From positions 3,872,001 through 3,936,000 of the forward strand of contig OZ244937.1 in assembly GCA_965222075.1 (NCBI GenBank): a DNA stretch of 64,000 nt, given 5' to 3'. Every line of letters starts with the position of its first letter. The stretch's first letter is position 1. Positions 49,583 to 60,021 of this stretch are shown here, piece by piece. The notes below the pieces were generated by a model that made no database searches, was not told the origin of the DNA, and saw only the letters and a program-made list of their open reading frames with translations. Source of the stretch: Candidatus Latescibacterota bacterium. GTDB lineage: Bacteria > Latescibacterota > UBA2968 > GCA-2709665. The translations under genes were made by a program, and so were the position numbers.

Positions 49583-50794
49583 TCATCCTCCTGGGTTCTG
49601 TCCAATATCTCGCTCCGGACCCGGTCGAAAATCGGGCACCGTCTTCACCATCCCCCCGTCTTCTGCCGACGCGGCGGCCACAATCACCGGTGCGGCGGTC
49701 TCCACTGCATCGTACACGTCGATATCCGGCTCTGTGCCGTTCAGAATACACTGCACAAAGTCTGAAAGCGGAAAATAATCCATCCCGCCGTGACCGGTTG
49801 CAGACGCACGATCCGGAACACGATCGCGCTCGAATTCCCACGTCGCATCCATCCGCTCAACCGAAAATTCATTCCCCCGGATAACCGGCGCTTCGCAGAA
49901 ATACGTTTTTCCGGACTCATTCTTCCCTCTACCGGTCTCAACATCCCCTTTGGTGCCCATAAGGTGGTACCAGTGCGCCCCGCTGCTTGGCGCGTTGAAC
50001 CCGGCTGCGAAACGCATAATCGTGTCTTTTTCCGTATGCATCATCGCCACTTCTAAATCGGGCGACGTAAACGGCTCCGTCATGCCAGGGAAAGGAACCT
50101 CCTCAAAACGATAACTCTCCGTCCGGGTCGAAAAACAGGAAACCTTGACAACCCGGTCGTCCAGGACCTTGAGCAAAGGACTCAGCTCATGCGGTCCGTA
50201 AAGAATTGGATGCTGCATGCTCCACAGGCGGGACTTAACCGCGTTGGAATTGCCGGCTTTCTCTGCCCACGTGATCCCCTTGCCCGTTTGAGTATCCACC
50301 CAGAACCGGTCTCCCCCCATCGCATGTAAATAATGACCCTCCACAAACAATATCTTCCCCAGTTTTCCTTCCCTGACCATCTTCTGCCAGGAAAGCGTCA
50401 TCGGACTGTGCCGCTGTTGTTCGGCCAGATAGTACACCCTTCCCGTGCGCTCAACCGTCAAAACCAGATCCCAGCAGTCCCTCATACCGTAGCCTACCGG
50501 CACTTCACTGATCACATCCTTCCCCGCCTCCATCGCCTCCACCGAAAGGGAGGCCTGGTACTCCGGCTCGGTAACCACGGCCACAGCCTCACAGTCCACC
50601 TCCTCCAGCATCCTCCGGTGATCACCGTACAGCGCGACCCGCTTCTCTCCGAGCAGCCTTGCCCGATCTTTTACCCGTGTCGGCATCTTATCGCACAAAG
50701 CCACAATCTCCAACTCCGGTACGGCGCTTATGGTCCTGAACCAGGAAGGCGCACGCCTCCCGCACCCGATCACCGCCATCCGAATTTCACCCAT
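49583..50794 (-). CDS. Gfo/Idh/MocA-family oxidoreductase
   Basis: 'VIGCGRR', 'SEVP' variant of EKP, 'GHGGMD'. Confidence 0.88.
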   Translation of the reverse strand: MGEIRMAVIGCGRRAPSWFRTISAVPELEIVALCDKMPTRVKDRARLLGEKRVALYGDHRRMLEEVDCEAVAVVTEPEYQASLSVEAMEAGKDVISEVPVGYGMRDCWDLVLTVERTGRVYYLAEQQRHSPMTLSWQKMVREGKLGKILFVEGHYLHAMGGDRFWVDTQTGKGITWAEKAGNSNAVKSRLWSMQHPILYGPHELSPLLKVLDDRVVKVSCFSTRTESYRFEEVPFPGMTEPFTSPDLEVAMMHTEKDTIMRFAAGFNAPSSGAHWYHLMGTKGDVETGRGKNESGKTYFCEAPVIRGNEFSVERMDATWEFERDRVPDRASATGHGGMDYFPLSDFVQCILNGTEPDIDVYDAVETAAPVIVAAASAEDGGMVKTVPDFRPGPERDIGQNPGG

Positions 50795-50969
50795 CCTCAC
50801 CTCCCCTTGCGTTGATTTCCAGAACGGCATCGAAAATATCCGAGTTGTTGCTCCCAATGCCCAGAAAAACCAGCCTCTGCATGCGGGATCTCCTTTATTC
50901 CATAGGGGCTCTCCAGCGACAGAAGCGCATAGAGGGGATGGACTTTGCCTTTACGCTTTGCGCTATGTC

Positions 50970-51950
50970 TTATCTCAGGATTTTTCGGATGTTGTATTTT
51001 TCATTGGGCCGAGCGCTCCGTGCGACCATGTCGGCCAGGAGACCGGTGCAGACGATCTGTACGCCAAGCACGGTGAAGAGAACACCGAGAAAGAGGAGCG
51101 GGTAGCGGTGTTGGATCGTCTTGGTTTGGAGCCAGAGAGAGACAATGTAGGTGTTGATGCCCATCCCCAGGATGCCCAGGATGACGCCCAAGGTGCCGAA
51201 GAGGTGGAGGGGGCGTGCCATATATTTTCCCAGGAACATCACGGTCAGCAGGTCGAGAAAGCCTTTTAGCAGCCGCCCCGAGCCGTATTTGGTGGTGCCA
51301 AACTGGCGGGCGTGGTGTTGTACGGAGATTTCACCGATCCGGTAGCCTTCCAGGTGGGCCAGGACGGGGATATAGCGGTGGAGTTCGCCGTAGATCTTGA
51401 CATCATCCACCACTTCCCGCCGGTAGGCCTTCAGGCCGCAGTTGAAGTCGTGGATGGAGATACCCGAGACGCGTCCGGTCACCCAGTTAAAGAATTTGGA
51501 GGGAATGGTCTTCCCGAAGGGATCCAGGCGCACCTTCTTCCAGCCGGAGACGAGGTCATAGCCTTCATCAAGCCTGGCGATGAGGTTGGGGATCTCGGCC
51601 GGGTCGTCCTGGAGATCGGCATCCATGGTGATGATGATTCGACCGGCCGCCTGCGGAAAGCCAGCGGAGTAGGCGGCGGCCTTGCCGAAGTTGCGGCGGA
51701 ACTGGATGATCACCACCTCGGGCTGCGTTGCGTGGAGTTCTTCCAGCACACGCACCGAGCCGTCTGTGCTTCCGTCATCGATGAAGATCACTTCATAGGA
51801 GCGACCGTAGGCGGCCATGGTTTCCTGGATCTTGTCCATCAAGGGGCGAAGGCTCTCTTCTTCGTTTAAGAGGGGAATCACGATCGAGATTTCGACCGGA
51901 TCGACCGCGTCGGGTGTGGGGTGCGCCGCAGGTGCTGAGTGTTCATTCAT
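50970..51950 (-). CDS. Glycosyltransferase family 2 (ArnC/GtrB-like polyprenyl-phosphate transferase)
   Basis: 'DDGSTD', 'RNFGK', 'DADLQD', 'DFNCG', two C-terminal TMs. Confidence 0.92.
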   Translation of the reverse strand: MNEHSAPAAHPTPDAVDPVEISIVIPLLNEEESLRPLMDKIQETMAAYGRSYEVIFIDDGSTDGSVRVLEELHATQPEVVIIQFRRNFGKAAAYSAGFPQAAGRIIITMDADLQDDPAEIPNLIARLDEGYDLVSGWKKVRLDPFGKTIPSKFFNWVTGRVSGISIHDFNCGLKAYRREVVDDVKIYGELHRYIPVLAHLEGYRIGEISVQHHARQFGTTKYGSGRLLKGFLDLLTVMFLGKYMARPLHLFGTLGVILGILGMGINTYIVSLWLQTKTIQHRYPLLFLGVLFTVLGVQIVCTGLLADMVARSARPNEKYNIRKILR

Positions 51951-52019
51951 AGCGTTCTCCGCAGGTGTGCAGAACGCAGCATGTTGCGCCCTTACGCGAT
52001 TTACTGAATTTACGAATTC

Positions 52020-52041
52020 GGGGTTTTAAGACAGCTTCTAA
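52020..52041. repeat. Dispersed 22-nt repeat (IS-end-like)
   Basis: GGGGTTTTAAGACAGCTTCTAA, identical to 47278-47299. Confidence 0.75.
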
Positions 52042-53120
52042 TCCAGAGAAGCGATGAAGTTTTTAATCCGGGGCCAAACAGAATCCGTTTCCATCTGGGT
52101 GAGGCAGCGTATGTCACCGAACTGACAGGGCGGGTTGTTTCCGACGGTTTTGATCGTCCAGCAGGGGGTGCAGGACAGGTCCTGACGGCGCAGGATGAGG
52201 TGGAGGGGCTGGCCGTTGACCGATTTCCAGTAGCGGTAGGGGCCGCTGCGCTTTTCGTCGGTGGGGCCCCAGAAAGCGATGCACCGCACCTCCAGGGCTG
52301 CGGAAATATGCATAAGACCCGAGTCGTTGCCCAAAAAAAAACGGGCATGGACCACCTGACCCGCCAGCTCCGAAAGGCTGCGGGAGGGGACGTTCAAGAG
52401 GGTTTCGGGGGAGACCAGGGTTTGGATTTGATCCCGCAGGTCTTTTTCCTCGGGGCCGCCGATGAGCAGGCACTTGAGGCCGAATTCTCGATGAATCTTT
52501 CTGATGAAGGCAGCAAAAGACTCCGGGGGGAGGCGTTTGTATATCATCTCCCGTTCTGCGCTGGACCCGGGGTGGCATACGTAGTAATTTTCCGTTTTCA
52601 GGACCTCTTTCTGAGAATAGCCGGGCGGAATGGGAAAATTCAGGCGGATGGAGGAGGGAGGGGGCTGGCCTGTGATTTTTGCGGCGAGTCTGAGGTTCTG
52701 ATCGGTGTCGTGGGCATCGAGGTCGAGGGGGAGGGATTCCTGCTGGATCAGGGAGGGGAGCCTGCTGTGGGGGTAGGCGAACCCGATTCGATTTTTGGCT
52801 CCTACAAACCGAGAAAACAGGCTGCCCTTCCAGTTGGGTGAGGGGAAAAGAGAGACCAGATTCCGGTACTGCTCCTGTCGAAACCGGCGCAATACCGCAA
52901 GGCCTCGGCTGAGGGATTCTTTGTCGGGGTCCCAGTGGAATACCTTATTGAAATATCCGGTGGCTTCGGCCATCTGCCGGATGCCCGGTTTTAAGGCGAG
53001 CATGTGGAGGTGCGCTTTCCCAAGGTGTTGAGACAGGTGTTGCAGGGCCGGGGTCATCATCATAAAATTGCCCAGCCCGATAGGGCAGATGACGAGCGTT
53101 TTTGCATTTCGGTCGGACAT
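52038..53120 (-). CDS. Glycosyltransferase family 9 (heptosyltransferase-like)
   Basis: 'GLGN..M.TP', 'HPGSS', 'GNDSGLMHISAAL', 'WGPT', 'CTPC'. Confidence 0.92.
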   Translation of the reverse strand: MSDRNAKTLVICPIGLGNFMMMTPALQHLSQHLGKAHLHMLALKPGIRQMAEATGYFNKVFHWDPDKESLSRGLAVLRRFRQEQYRNLVSLFPSPNWKGSLFSRFVGAKNRIGFAYPHSRLPSLIQQESLPLDLDAHDTDQNLRLAAKITGQPPPSSIRLNFPIPPGYSQKEVLKTENYYVCHPGSSAEREMIYKRLPPESFAAFIRKIHREFGLKCLLIGGPEEKDLRDQIQTLVSPETLLNVPSRSLSELAGQVVHARFFLGNDSGLMHISAALEVRCIAFWGPTDEKRSGPYRYWKSVNGQPLHLILRRQDLSCTPCWTIKTVGNNPPCQFGDIRCLTQMETDSVWPRIKNFIASLD

Positions 53121-53217
53121 AAGCCGGATACCGCCTCAATCCAAAGGGGGAAGGATCGGCCTTGCAAGATGCCTTTCTCGGATATCAGGTGTTAATCGGA
53201 ATTTGCTGAGGGAGTTC

Positions 53218-54687
53218 TCACCCCACGGTGAAGGCAGACCAGAGCCTTTGCAGTTCATCGGACAGCTCACGTCCTTCAAGGATCAGGAGAACGATGCCGT
53301 AGGTTAAGCAGAGAAGGGCCGATCCGACAATCAGGGACGCGAGTGTAGAAAGGTCTCCGATGGGATCGGCAAACGCCAGGCGCACCGCAAGCGCCGCTCC
53401 CCCGGCAAGCAGGGGAGGCACGATGGCGCGTCCCCAGGGGACATCAACATGCCTGGTAGCAGCCCGCAAGGCCAGTACGATACCCACAAAGGCCATCAGG
53501 TCTATGCTCAGGGCCGTGCCCCTGGGGCCGAAACGCCCGGTGAGGATGGGTGCAAGCACCAGGAGGAGCCCTGCCTGGATAGCGGTGAATCGGGCGAATG
53601 TGCGGGGCTTTCCCACCCCGAGGAAGAGGTTGTACACATCTTCCAGGATCGGCCGGCACAGGGAATATACGACAAGCCATCGAAGAATGGGGACCAGGGG
53701 TAGCCACCGCTCTTTTGCCAGGAGTTTTACCAGAGCCGGGGCTTCGACAGCAAGCACAAGTGTGATCAGGATCGTGGCCCGAAAGATGAGCCGCATGGTG
53801 CGGCGGAAGGCTGCCGAAAGTCGTATCCGGTCGTTCTGATAGCGTGCATAAACCGCGCCCGTTATATTGAGGAGCGCGTGTGTGAACGCTCCGGTCGGTA
53901 TCTGGGCAAACATATGGGCTTGCGCGTAGAATCCGAGAACGCCTGCGCCCAACAGTGTTCCAACGATAAACCTGTCATACTGGAGGGTCAGGGTCTGCAT
54001 CATGCCGCCAATCCAGTACCAGAGTCCGTAACGAAAAAAGTTCCGCGCACCTGCGAAGTTGAAATCGCGCAGCCGGGTTATTGAGGGCGGCTGGTGGATC
54101 CATATCAGCGCACAGTAGACAACAATATAACTCACGCTATTGACGAAGAAACCCAGGATAAGGGCCCAGACACCCCCACCGGCATAGGCTATTGCGATTG
54201 CGACAAAAGAGGCCGCGATGGATGCCGTTGCCTGGGATACGGCCAGGCGGCCGAACTGGAGACTACGTCTGAGCTGGGTTTCGGAAGTGAGTGCGGCATT
54301 CCGTACAAGATCCAAAACGGCAAAGATGATCAGGGCAGTGGCCACGATTTCACCGTACTGTTGGCCAACAAAGAGAAACGCCAGGCCAACGGCTACGGAG
54401 GTGCTCAGGACTCCCAAGCCGGTATTCAGGAGAAAGTGGGTGGGAAGGAGTTCGTCTACACGATCGTGTTGATGGAGCAGAGCGATATGAAGGCCGAATC
54501 TCCGCAGTGCGGCGACGATGGTCAGGAGTGAGATGGCGAGCGTCACATAACCAAAGTCCTCCTCAACGAGCTTCCGCATGAGGAGGATGTTCACGGTCCA
54601 GTTGACCAGACGGGCGAAATAGCTACTGCTCAACGTCTGGACGGCACCGCGCACAATCCGCTGGACGGGCGAGCGATCTTCAGGCAA
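53218..54687 (-). CDS. Wzx-type oligosaccharide flippase
   Basis: Multi-TM protein, 'EDFG', 'GVWALI', 'DRFIVG', 'LGFY'; start re-assigned to TTG 54687 after GAGGAGAGG. Confidence 0.88.
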   Translation of the reverse strand: MPEDRSPVQRIVRGAVQTLSSSYFARLVNWTVNILLMRKLVEEDFGYVTLAISLLTIVAALRRFGLHIALLHQHDRVDELLPTHFLLNTGLGVLSTSVAVGLAFLFVGQQYGEIVATALIIFAVLDLVRNAALTSETQLRRSLQFGRLAVSQATASIAASFVAIAIAYAGGGVWALILGFFVNSVSYIVVYCALIWIHQPPSITRLRDFNFAGARNFFRYGLWYWIGGMMQTLTLQYDRFIVGTLLGAGVLGFYAQAHMFAQIPTGAFTHALLNITGAVYARYQNDRIRLSAAFRRTMRLIFRATILITLVLAVEAPALVKLLAKERWLPLVPILRWLVVYSLCRPILEDVYNLFLGVGKPRTFARFTAIQAGLLLVLAPILTGRFGPRGTALSIDLMAFVGIVLALRAATRHVDVPWGRAIVPPLLAGGAALAVRLAFADPIGDLSTLASLIVGSALLCLTYGIVLLILEGRELSDELQRLWSAFTVG

Positions 54688-54926
54688 CGGACCTCTCCTC
54701 GCTACGGGTACGGTCCCACTCGCTGGAAACGATGGACAAAACGTCCTGAATACCCAGGAGGTATGTAAAAATTGCAGATAATATATGGGTTTTGTGTACA
54801 AAGGTCAAACTGAGCTTCAGGGTAGAGAATCGATAACCCATACGCGAAGGCCGGTTCGGTGGGAAATGCATTTTACGGGTTGGTTGAACAATAATGGTAG
54901 CTGCCAGAAAGGGGTGTCATTCTCGG

Positions 54927-55826
54927 CTAAGCCCGTTTTCCGATCCCACTGCCTGCCTTCACGTGGACCTCTAAAACCTCTGCCGAGTCCCTGACCAGGT
55001 CCTCGTCAAACACAATCGCTCCCGGCTTGAACAGCAGCGCAAGCGTGGACCCTCCGTACTGGAAGTAGCCCTTTTCCCGGCCCCTGTCCACCTGGCCGGG
55101 AGTGTACGTCTGGGCGATACTTCCAACTGCAAACCCACCGATCTCCACGTAAGCAATCCGGCCGAAATAGGCGGAGACAAACTCCGTCACCGCCCGTTTG
55201 TTTCTGCAGAACGCGTCCGTCACCCTGGCCAGTCCAACCGGATTTACCACGTAATACTTCCCCGGAATGGTTCTGGCAGGCCCGGCCTCTCCCGCATCCG
55301 GAAAGTGGAACCGGTGGTAGTCGCAGGGTGCCAGACGGATGACCAGCGCCGATCCCCCACGGTAGGGCCGGGCGGCGGACTCGGAATCCAGCAGCGACGC
55401 CAGCGCAACGGACGCCCCCTTCACCGGAATCCGGGTGCCTTCTTCCAGGTGGGGATAAACCAGGACCTTACCGTCAGCAGGGGCGCAGAAAACTTCCGGC
55501 TCCGGAACAAAAGGCCGGGCCCCGATCTTGAGCCGACGTGTGAAAAACGCGTTGAAGCTCCGGTAATTGTCCAGCGGAAGTTCAACCTCTCCGATATCGA
55601 TCCCATATCGATCGACAAATTCGGGAATCTTCCTGCGGCTCCAGGACAAATCCTGCCACCTGCCGTACAGCCGACAGAACATCCGGTTGTTCAGCACACC
55701 GTCAAAAACCCTGAGACCGGCCGAATGTGAATAAATCCAGCGCTGCGCAGCTTCGTAAAGCAGAGGTTCGGTAACAATCTCACCGATCTCACGATTCCGA
55801 TAACTTACCACGATTTCGCAGGACAT
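54927..55826 (-). CDS. psd: Phosphatidylserine decarboxylase proenzyme
   Basis: 'SFNAFFTRRLK', 'PADG', 'RLAP.DYHRFH', 'NKR', cleavage motif 'GGST'. Confidence 0.92.
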   Translation of the reverse strand: MSCEIVVSYRNREIGEIVTEPLLYEAAQRWIYSHSAGLRVFDGVLNNRMFCRLYGRWQDLSWSRRKIPEFVDRYGIDIGEVELPLDNYRSFNAFFTRRLKIGARPFVPEPEVFCAPADGKVLVYPHLEEGTRIPVKGASVALASLLDSESAARPYRGGSALVIRLAPCDYHRFHFPDAGEAGPARTIPGKYYVVNPVGLARVTDAFCRNKRAVTEFVSAYFGRIAYVEIGGFAVGSIAQTYTPGQVDRGREKGYFQYGGSTLALLFKPGAIVFDEDLVRDSAEVLEVHVKAGSGIGKRA

Positions 55827-55893
55827 GGCGCTGTATACGGGTTCTGGAAAATGGAAAAAAAACGACCGGACAGCGACATTAAAAAATCGTCAC

Positions 55894-57696
55894 TCAGGCC
55901 GGAATAACCGGCAGCACAATATGCGACGGCCGGTCCGGGTCGTGGTAGACCGCCTGCTCTGCCAGCGCAAACCGGCGGTCCCGTCCAAGCGGGCCTCCCG
56001 TGTTGGGATTGATGTCGAACCGGGGAAAGTTGCTGCTGGACACATCCAAGCGGATGCGATGTCCCTTTGCAAACACATTCGACGTCGGGTACATCACGAT
56101 CTCAAACGCGAACACCTCCCCCGGCTCCATCAGCTCCGCCCTCTCCCGCGAGTTCCTGTACCGCCCCCGAATAATACTATCCGAAATATTCTGCGCAAAC
56201 CCGTCCGGGTAGTCCACATTGTGCGGGTGAACATCGATCAGCTTCACCGTAAAATCCGTATCCACGGCCGACGACGATGCCCACAGCTTCACCGTCAGCG
56301 GCCCCGTCACCTCTACGTCTGCTTCCAGCTCCTCCGTCTGAAACACCAGCACATCGCTCCGCGCAGACAGGGGCAGCGTATCCTTACACCCGTAAAACCG
56401 CCGGTTTCCCCGCTGGTCGAAAGCCCCTGCACCCATCACCTCGTTCGCCGCCGAAATCCCACCCCCGATCGTGGGCACCGGATCCCTTGGATCGAACGTA
56501 AACCGGCTCGGCTCCGAAGCCTCCGGTGCCTCCGGACTCAGCGTGCCGTCCGCGTGGAGGTAATGAGGCGTATACGTCGTATTGGACAGCGGCCAGTCCT
56601 CCACATCCCGCCATGTCCCTAAGTGAGAGAGCCGGCCGCTTCGGTCCTTCTCGCTGCTCCCGTCTCCCATCACAAAAATCCGCACCGGCTTCTCCTGGTC
56701 CACCCCGTTGTCGATCCCCTTCAACCACCTATCGAACCACCGCAGCCGGTACCCGTTGTAATCGTCTAACACCGCATCCGGCCCGAAATCCACGTCCCCC
56801 GCAAACGAATTCCCCCATCCCCCGTGGGTCCACGGCCCCATCAGCAGGTGCTGGGGGGTCTTCTTCATCTTCGACAGCGCCACGTAGTTATCCGTCGTCC
56901 CCCGGGCATACGAATCGTACCATCCCCCCAGGTAAACCGTGGGCACGTCTGCGTGCTCCTCGTAATACTGCTCGATCGCGTACCCCCGCTGCTTCCAGTA
57001 CGCGTTGTAATCCCCTTCGCCGAGAATATCCAGCAGCCACTGCTCGTAAGACGGCAGGAACCGCAGCGCCGACGACCCTCGCTTGTACGGCGTCCGGGTC
57101 AGCCACTCGCCCACCCGTTCATAATCCTCCACAAGTGCCGCCTTGAGCGCCGGGTCCGCCAGCGCCTCGCGGCTCGTTGTGGCCATGCGAAACGCGTACA
57201 CCATAAATCGCAGCTCCAGCGCCCCGTTCTGCCGCAGCGAACTCTTGTGGTAATTCGACGTCCCCACCGCCACCACCATCGCCTTCAAGTGGGGCGGGTT
57301 CAGCGTTGCCAGTGCGCTCTGATCGCTCCCGCAGTACGATCCCCCCATCGTGCCCACGTTCCCATCGCACCAGGGCTGCGCTCCTGCCCACTCCACGCTG
57401 TCATACCCGTCCGGCCCCTCCTTCGCAAAGGGGTACCACTCCCCGTCCGACTGGAACCGCCCCCGCACATCCTGCATCACCGCCACATACCCTCGCCGCG
57501 CGAAATACCGCCCCTCGTTCACCCGCCCCTCCTTATCGTATGGCGTCCGCTCCATCACCGCCGGAAACCGCCCCTCCACCACCTTTCCGTTCCGGGCGGG
57601 CAGGTACAGGTCCGCGGCCAGCGCCACCCCATCCCGCATCGGCACCGGCACATTCTTCTGCGCAACCACATCGTACTCCATCCAGGATCCCTGCAT
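55894..57696 (-). CDS. CocE/NonD-family serine hydrolase
   Basis: 'MRDGV.LAAD', 'RTPY', nucleophile 'GGSY', 'GWYD', 'GPWTH', 'SSSNFPRF'. Confidence 0.93.
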   Translation of the reverse strand: MQGSWMEYDVVAQKNVPVPMRDGVALAADLYLPARNGKVVEGRFPAVMERTPYDKEGRVNEGRYFARRGYVAVMQDVRGRFQSDGEWYPFAKEGPDGYDSVEWAGAQPWCDGNVGTMGGSYCGSDQSALATLNPPHLKAMVVAVGTSNYHKSSLRQNGALELRFMVYAFRMATTSREALADPALKAALVEDYERVGEWLTRTPYKRGSSALRFLPSYEQWLLDILGEGDYNAYWKQRGYAIEQYYEEHADVPTVYLGGWYDSYARGTTDNYVALSKMKKTPQHLLMGPWTHGGWGNSFAGDVDFGPDAVLDDYNGYRLRWFDRWLKGIDNGVDQEKPVRIFVMGDGSSEKDRSGRLSHLGTWRDVEDWPLSNTTYTPHYLHADGTLSPEAPEASEPSRFTFDPRDPVPTIGGGISAANEVMGAGAFDQRGNRRFYGCKDTLPLSARSDVLVFQTEELEADVEVTGPLTVKLWASSSAVDTDFTVKLIDVHPHNVDYPDGFAQNISDSIIRGRYRNSRERAELMEPGEVFAFEIVMYPTSNVFAKGHRIRLDVSSSNFPRFDINPNTGGPLGRDRRFALAEQAVYHDPDRPSHIVLPVIPA

Positions 57697-57718
57697 CTTG
57701 AACTCCTTTTTCTCTCCA

Positions 57719-58828
57719 TTACCCTGCATCGGGCCGCTGCTTGAACTGACCCGCCTGCCGCAGCGCTTCAACCCCCGACCCCCTCTCGGCCAGCGGAAAA
57801 TGCGCCGGCCGGTTGCCTGCAAGCTGAGACTGGTAAACGGCCATCACCATCTCCAGCGAGCGGCGCCCCGCCCGCCCGTCGCTGCGCAGTTCCCCGCTTC
57901 CTTCCAGGGCATTCACCAACTCGTTCAGCGCCAGGACATAAGTTGACGCGGGCGGTGGATGATCGATCGGTGTCAATTTCAAAGAGTTCCACTGGAACCC
58001 GCTGTCCGGTTCGTACTCGTCCTCTACCGCCCGGTAGAGATTTACCTGTTCTCCCAAAAAACGGATCACTCCCTCCGTCCCCCGCAGCTCAAACGCATTA
58101 TCCGTATAAGCTGTCAGTTCCGCGCCATGTACCAATCCTGTCGTCCCATTCTTGAACTTCATAAATGCCGCGCTGAAGTCCTCCACGGCCCATGGCCGCA
58201 TCCGCTGCTCGGCCATTCCGCAGAGCCATGCCACCTCGCCGGCGAACATGTCCATCAGATCGAAGTAGTGGGTAAAATCGTGAAGCAGCGGCCCTTCGTT
58301 CTCGCTGCGCCACCAGGGCGCGGGTTTGCCCCCGTCCATATAGCAGTAGATGTGATTGAGGTCTCCGAGCGCACCCTCCTGCAGCAGCTGGAGGCCCAGG
58401 TTCCACTCCGGACTCCATCGGCGGTTGTGATTAATCTGCAGCGGAATCCCGACATGGTCGCAGGCCGCAACCATGCGGTCGCATTCCTCTAACGACAGCG
58501 CCATCGGTTTCTCACAGATAATCGCCCTCGTAGAGGAAGCCGCCGCGCACGCCTCCACCATCTCGCAGTGGAGTTCCGGGTGGGTGGCGACAATACAGAT
58601 ATCCGGTTTCACCTCCTCCAGCATCTGTCTGTAATCGTGGAAAAGGGCGTCAACCCCGTAGCGCTCCCCAAACGCCTCCAGCTTCTCACGCCCGCGGTTC
58701 ACACCCGCCACAAGCTCGCAATCTCCGCTTTGTTGAATGGTATCCGCGTGATTGTCCGGCAAATCGCCGAAGCTGAACTGGTATCCCACGCGCCCGGTGC
58801 CGATCAGCGCGATCCGGTACTTAGCCAT
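57719..58828 (-). CDS. Gfo/Idh/MocA-family oxidoreductase
   Basis: 'IGTGRVG', 'CEKPMA', 'NHNRRW', 'THYFD'. Confidence 0.92.
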   Translation of the reverse strand: MAKYRIALIGTGRVGYQFSFGDLPDNHADTIQQSGDCELVAGVNRGREKLEAFGERYGVDALFHDYRQMLEEVKPDICIVATHPELHCEMVEACAAASSTRAIICEKPMALSLEECDRMVAACDHVGIPLQINHNRRWSPEWNLGLQLLQEGALGDLNHIYCYMDGGKPAPWWRSENEGPLLHDFTHYFDLMDMFAGEVAWLCGMAEQRMRPWAVEDFSAAFMKFKNGTTGLVHGAELTAYTDNAFELRGTEGVIRFLGEQVNLYRAVEDEYEPDSGFQWNSLKLTPIDHPPPASTYVLALNELVNALEGSGELRSDGRAGRRSLEMVMAVYQSQLAGNRPAHFPLAERGSGVEALRQAGQFKQRPDAG

Positions 58829-59024
58829 GATATCCTCCTCGAATAAAAGTAGCCGACCTCTGTGTCCCCAGCCAGACAGCAACTTCTGACACACCAAAAT
58901 AATCAATCATTTGTTCCCAGCGGCACCAAGGCGCTGTTCTATCCGTCATAAAAAAACCGCGATAGCTTGGTATTGCGGCACAAAAATGGGTAAATAGCCA
59001 ATCCGGACCTGAACGGTCAATAGC

Positions 59025-60011
59025 TTATCGACATAGGGCCGTTGGAGCAACCTCTGTGATAAATGACTGGTGATCAGAATAATGTGGCAAAATCGTATTG
59101 AAATCATCAAGATCGATTAAGATCGTTCCTGCACAGCACTTACGACATTCACGGCCTTGGGCGAATACATCGTTCAAGTGCTTTGGAGACGAGCCTGGAA
59201 GCGATGACGCGCAGTGCTCCGAAAGCTGAGTACAAGCGATCCGGACATCAGACACCTGTTCTCGGACAGCGGTCACAATCTCTGGCCGAGGTGCTCCATG
59301 TCGCCCCCGTCCGATCGAAAAAATGACCATAGCCGGTGATACGATCTCACAAAGAGTTCGGGCAAACACGGCCATATCCATGGAACCCGTCCTGCCACCA
59401 TGATGGGGAAATATAACAACCGGGGCAGTCGCATCCACTCCGGAATTGCGAAGGTCGTCCAGGCCAATGCTGTCCAGGTCTCCTGGAAGAAGTGCTATTG
59501 GGTTCCCGTCTTTTAACAAACGCGCTACTACACTGACTGAGTGTCTGGTAAGTTTTCTTCCTCGCTTATCCCTGCTACCCGGCCCCTTAGCAGCCAGATA
59601 CTTGCTGGGACCAAGAATTTCAATCTGCACCTCACTTCTATCAAATCCTCCTCTACTGTCTCTGGTCAACGACGTGTCAAAATCAAGTTTACCTGCAATG
59701 TCCGCACGGTCAAGTTCGTAAAGAAGATCACCCCAAAGTCTCGATCCCTTTTCTGAGTCAGTGTTCAACCGTACAGACCTAACTCGAAACTTGCTGGAAG
59801 ACAATAACTGGACCAGTCCCCCGATATGGTCTTCATCCGCATGAGAGATCAGTACAGCGTCGATTGTAGTAACTCCACTCTCTTCCAGGTACTCAAGTAA
59901 GGAACTCCCCAGACCTGTGTCGATGACTACCACACCTTCAGAATCGATAAGAATCGCGCTGTTTCCATGTCCTACATCAAGAATCGCCAGATTATGCTTT
60001 GGTACAGACAT
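59025..60011 (-). CDS. ComEC/Rec2-like metallo-beta-lactamase-fold hydrolase (predicted nuclease)
   Basis: 'LDVGHGNS', 'IDTG', 'SHADEDHIGG', 'GDL', 'PHHG'; Cys-rich C-terminus; ATG 60011 lies 10 nt after the upstream stop. Confidence 0.85.
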   Translation of the reverse strand: MSVPKHNLAILDVGHGNSAILIDSEGVVVIDTGLGSSLLEYLEESGVTTIDAVLISHADEDHIGGLVQLLSSSKFRVRSVRLNTDSEKGSRLWGDLLYELDRADIAGKLDFDTSLTRDSRGGFDRSEVQIEILGPSKYLAAKGPGSRDKRGRKLTRHSVSVVARLLKDGNPIALLPGDLDSIGLDDLRNSGVDATAPVVIFPHHGGRTGSMDMAVFARTLCEIVSPAMVIFSIGRGRHGAPRPEIVTAVREQVSDVRIACTQLSEHCASSLPGSSPKHLNDVFAQGRECRKCCAGTILIDLDDFNTILPHYSDHQSFITEVAPTALCR

Positions 60012-60021
60012 TGACAAGCCC

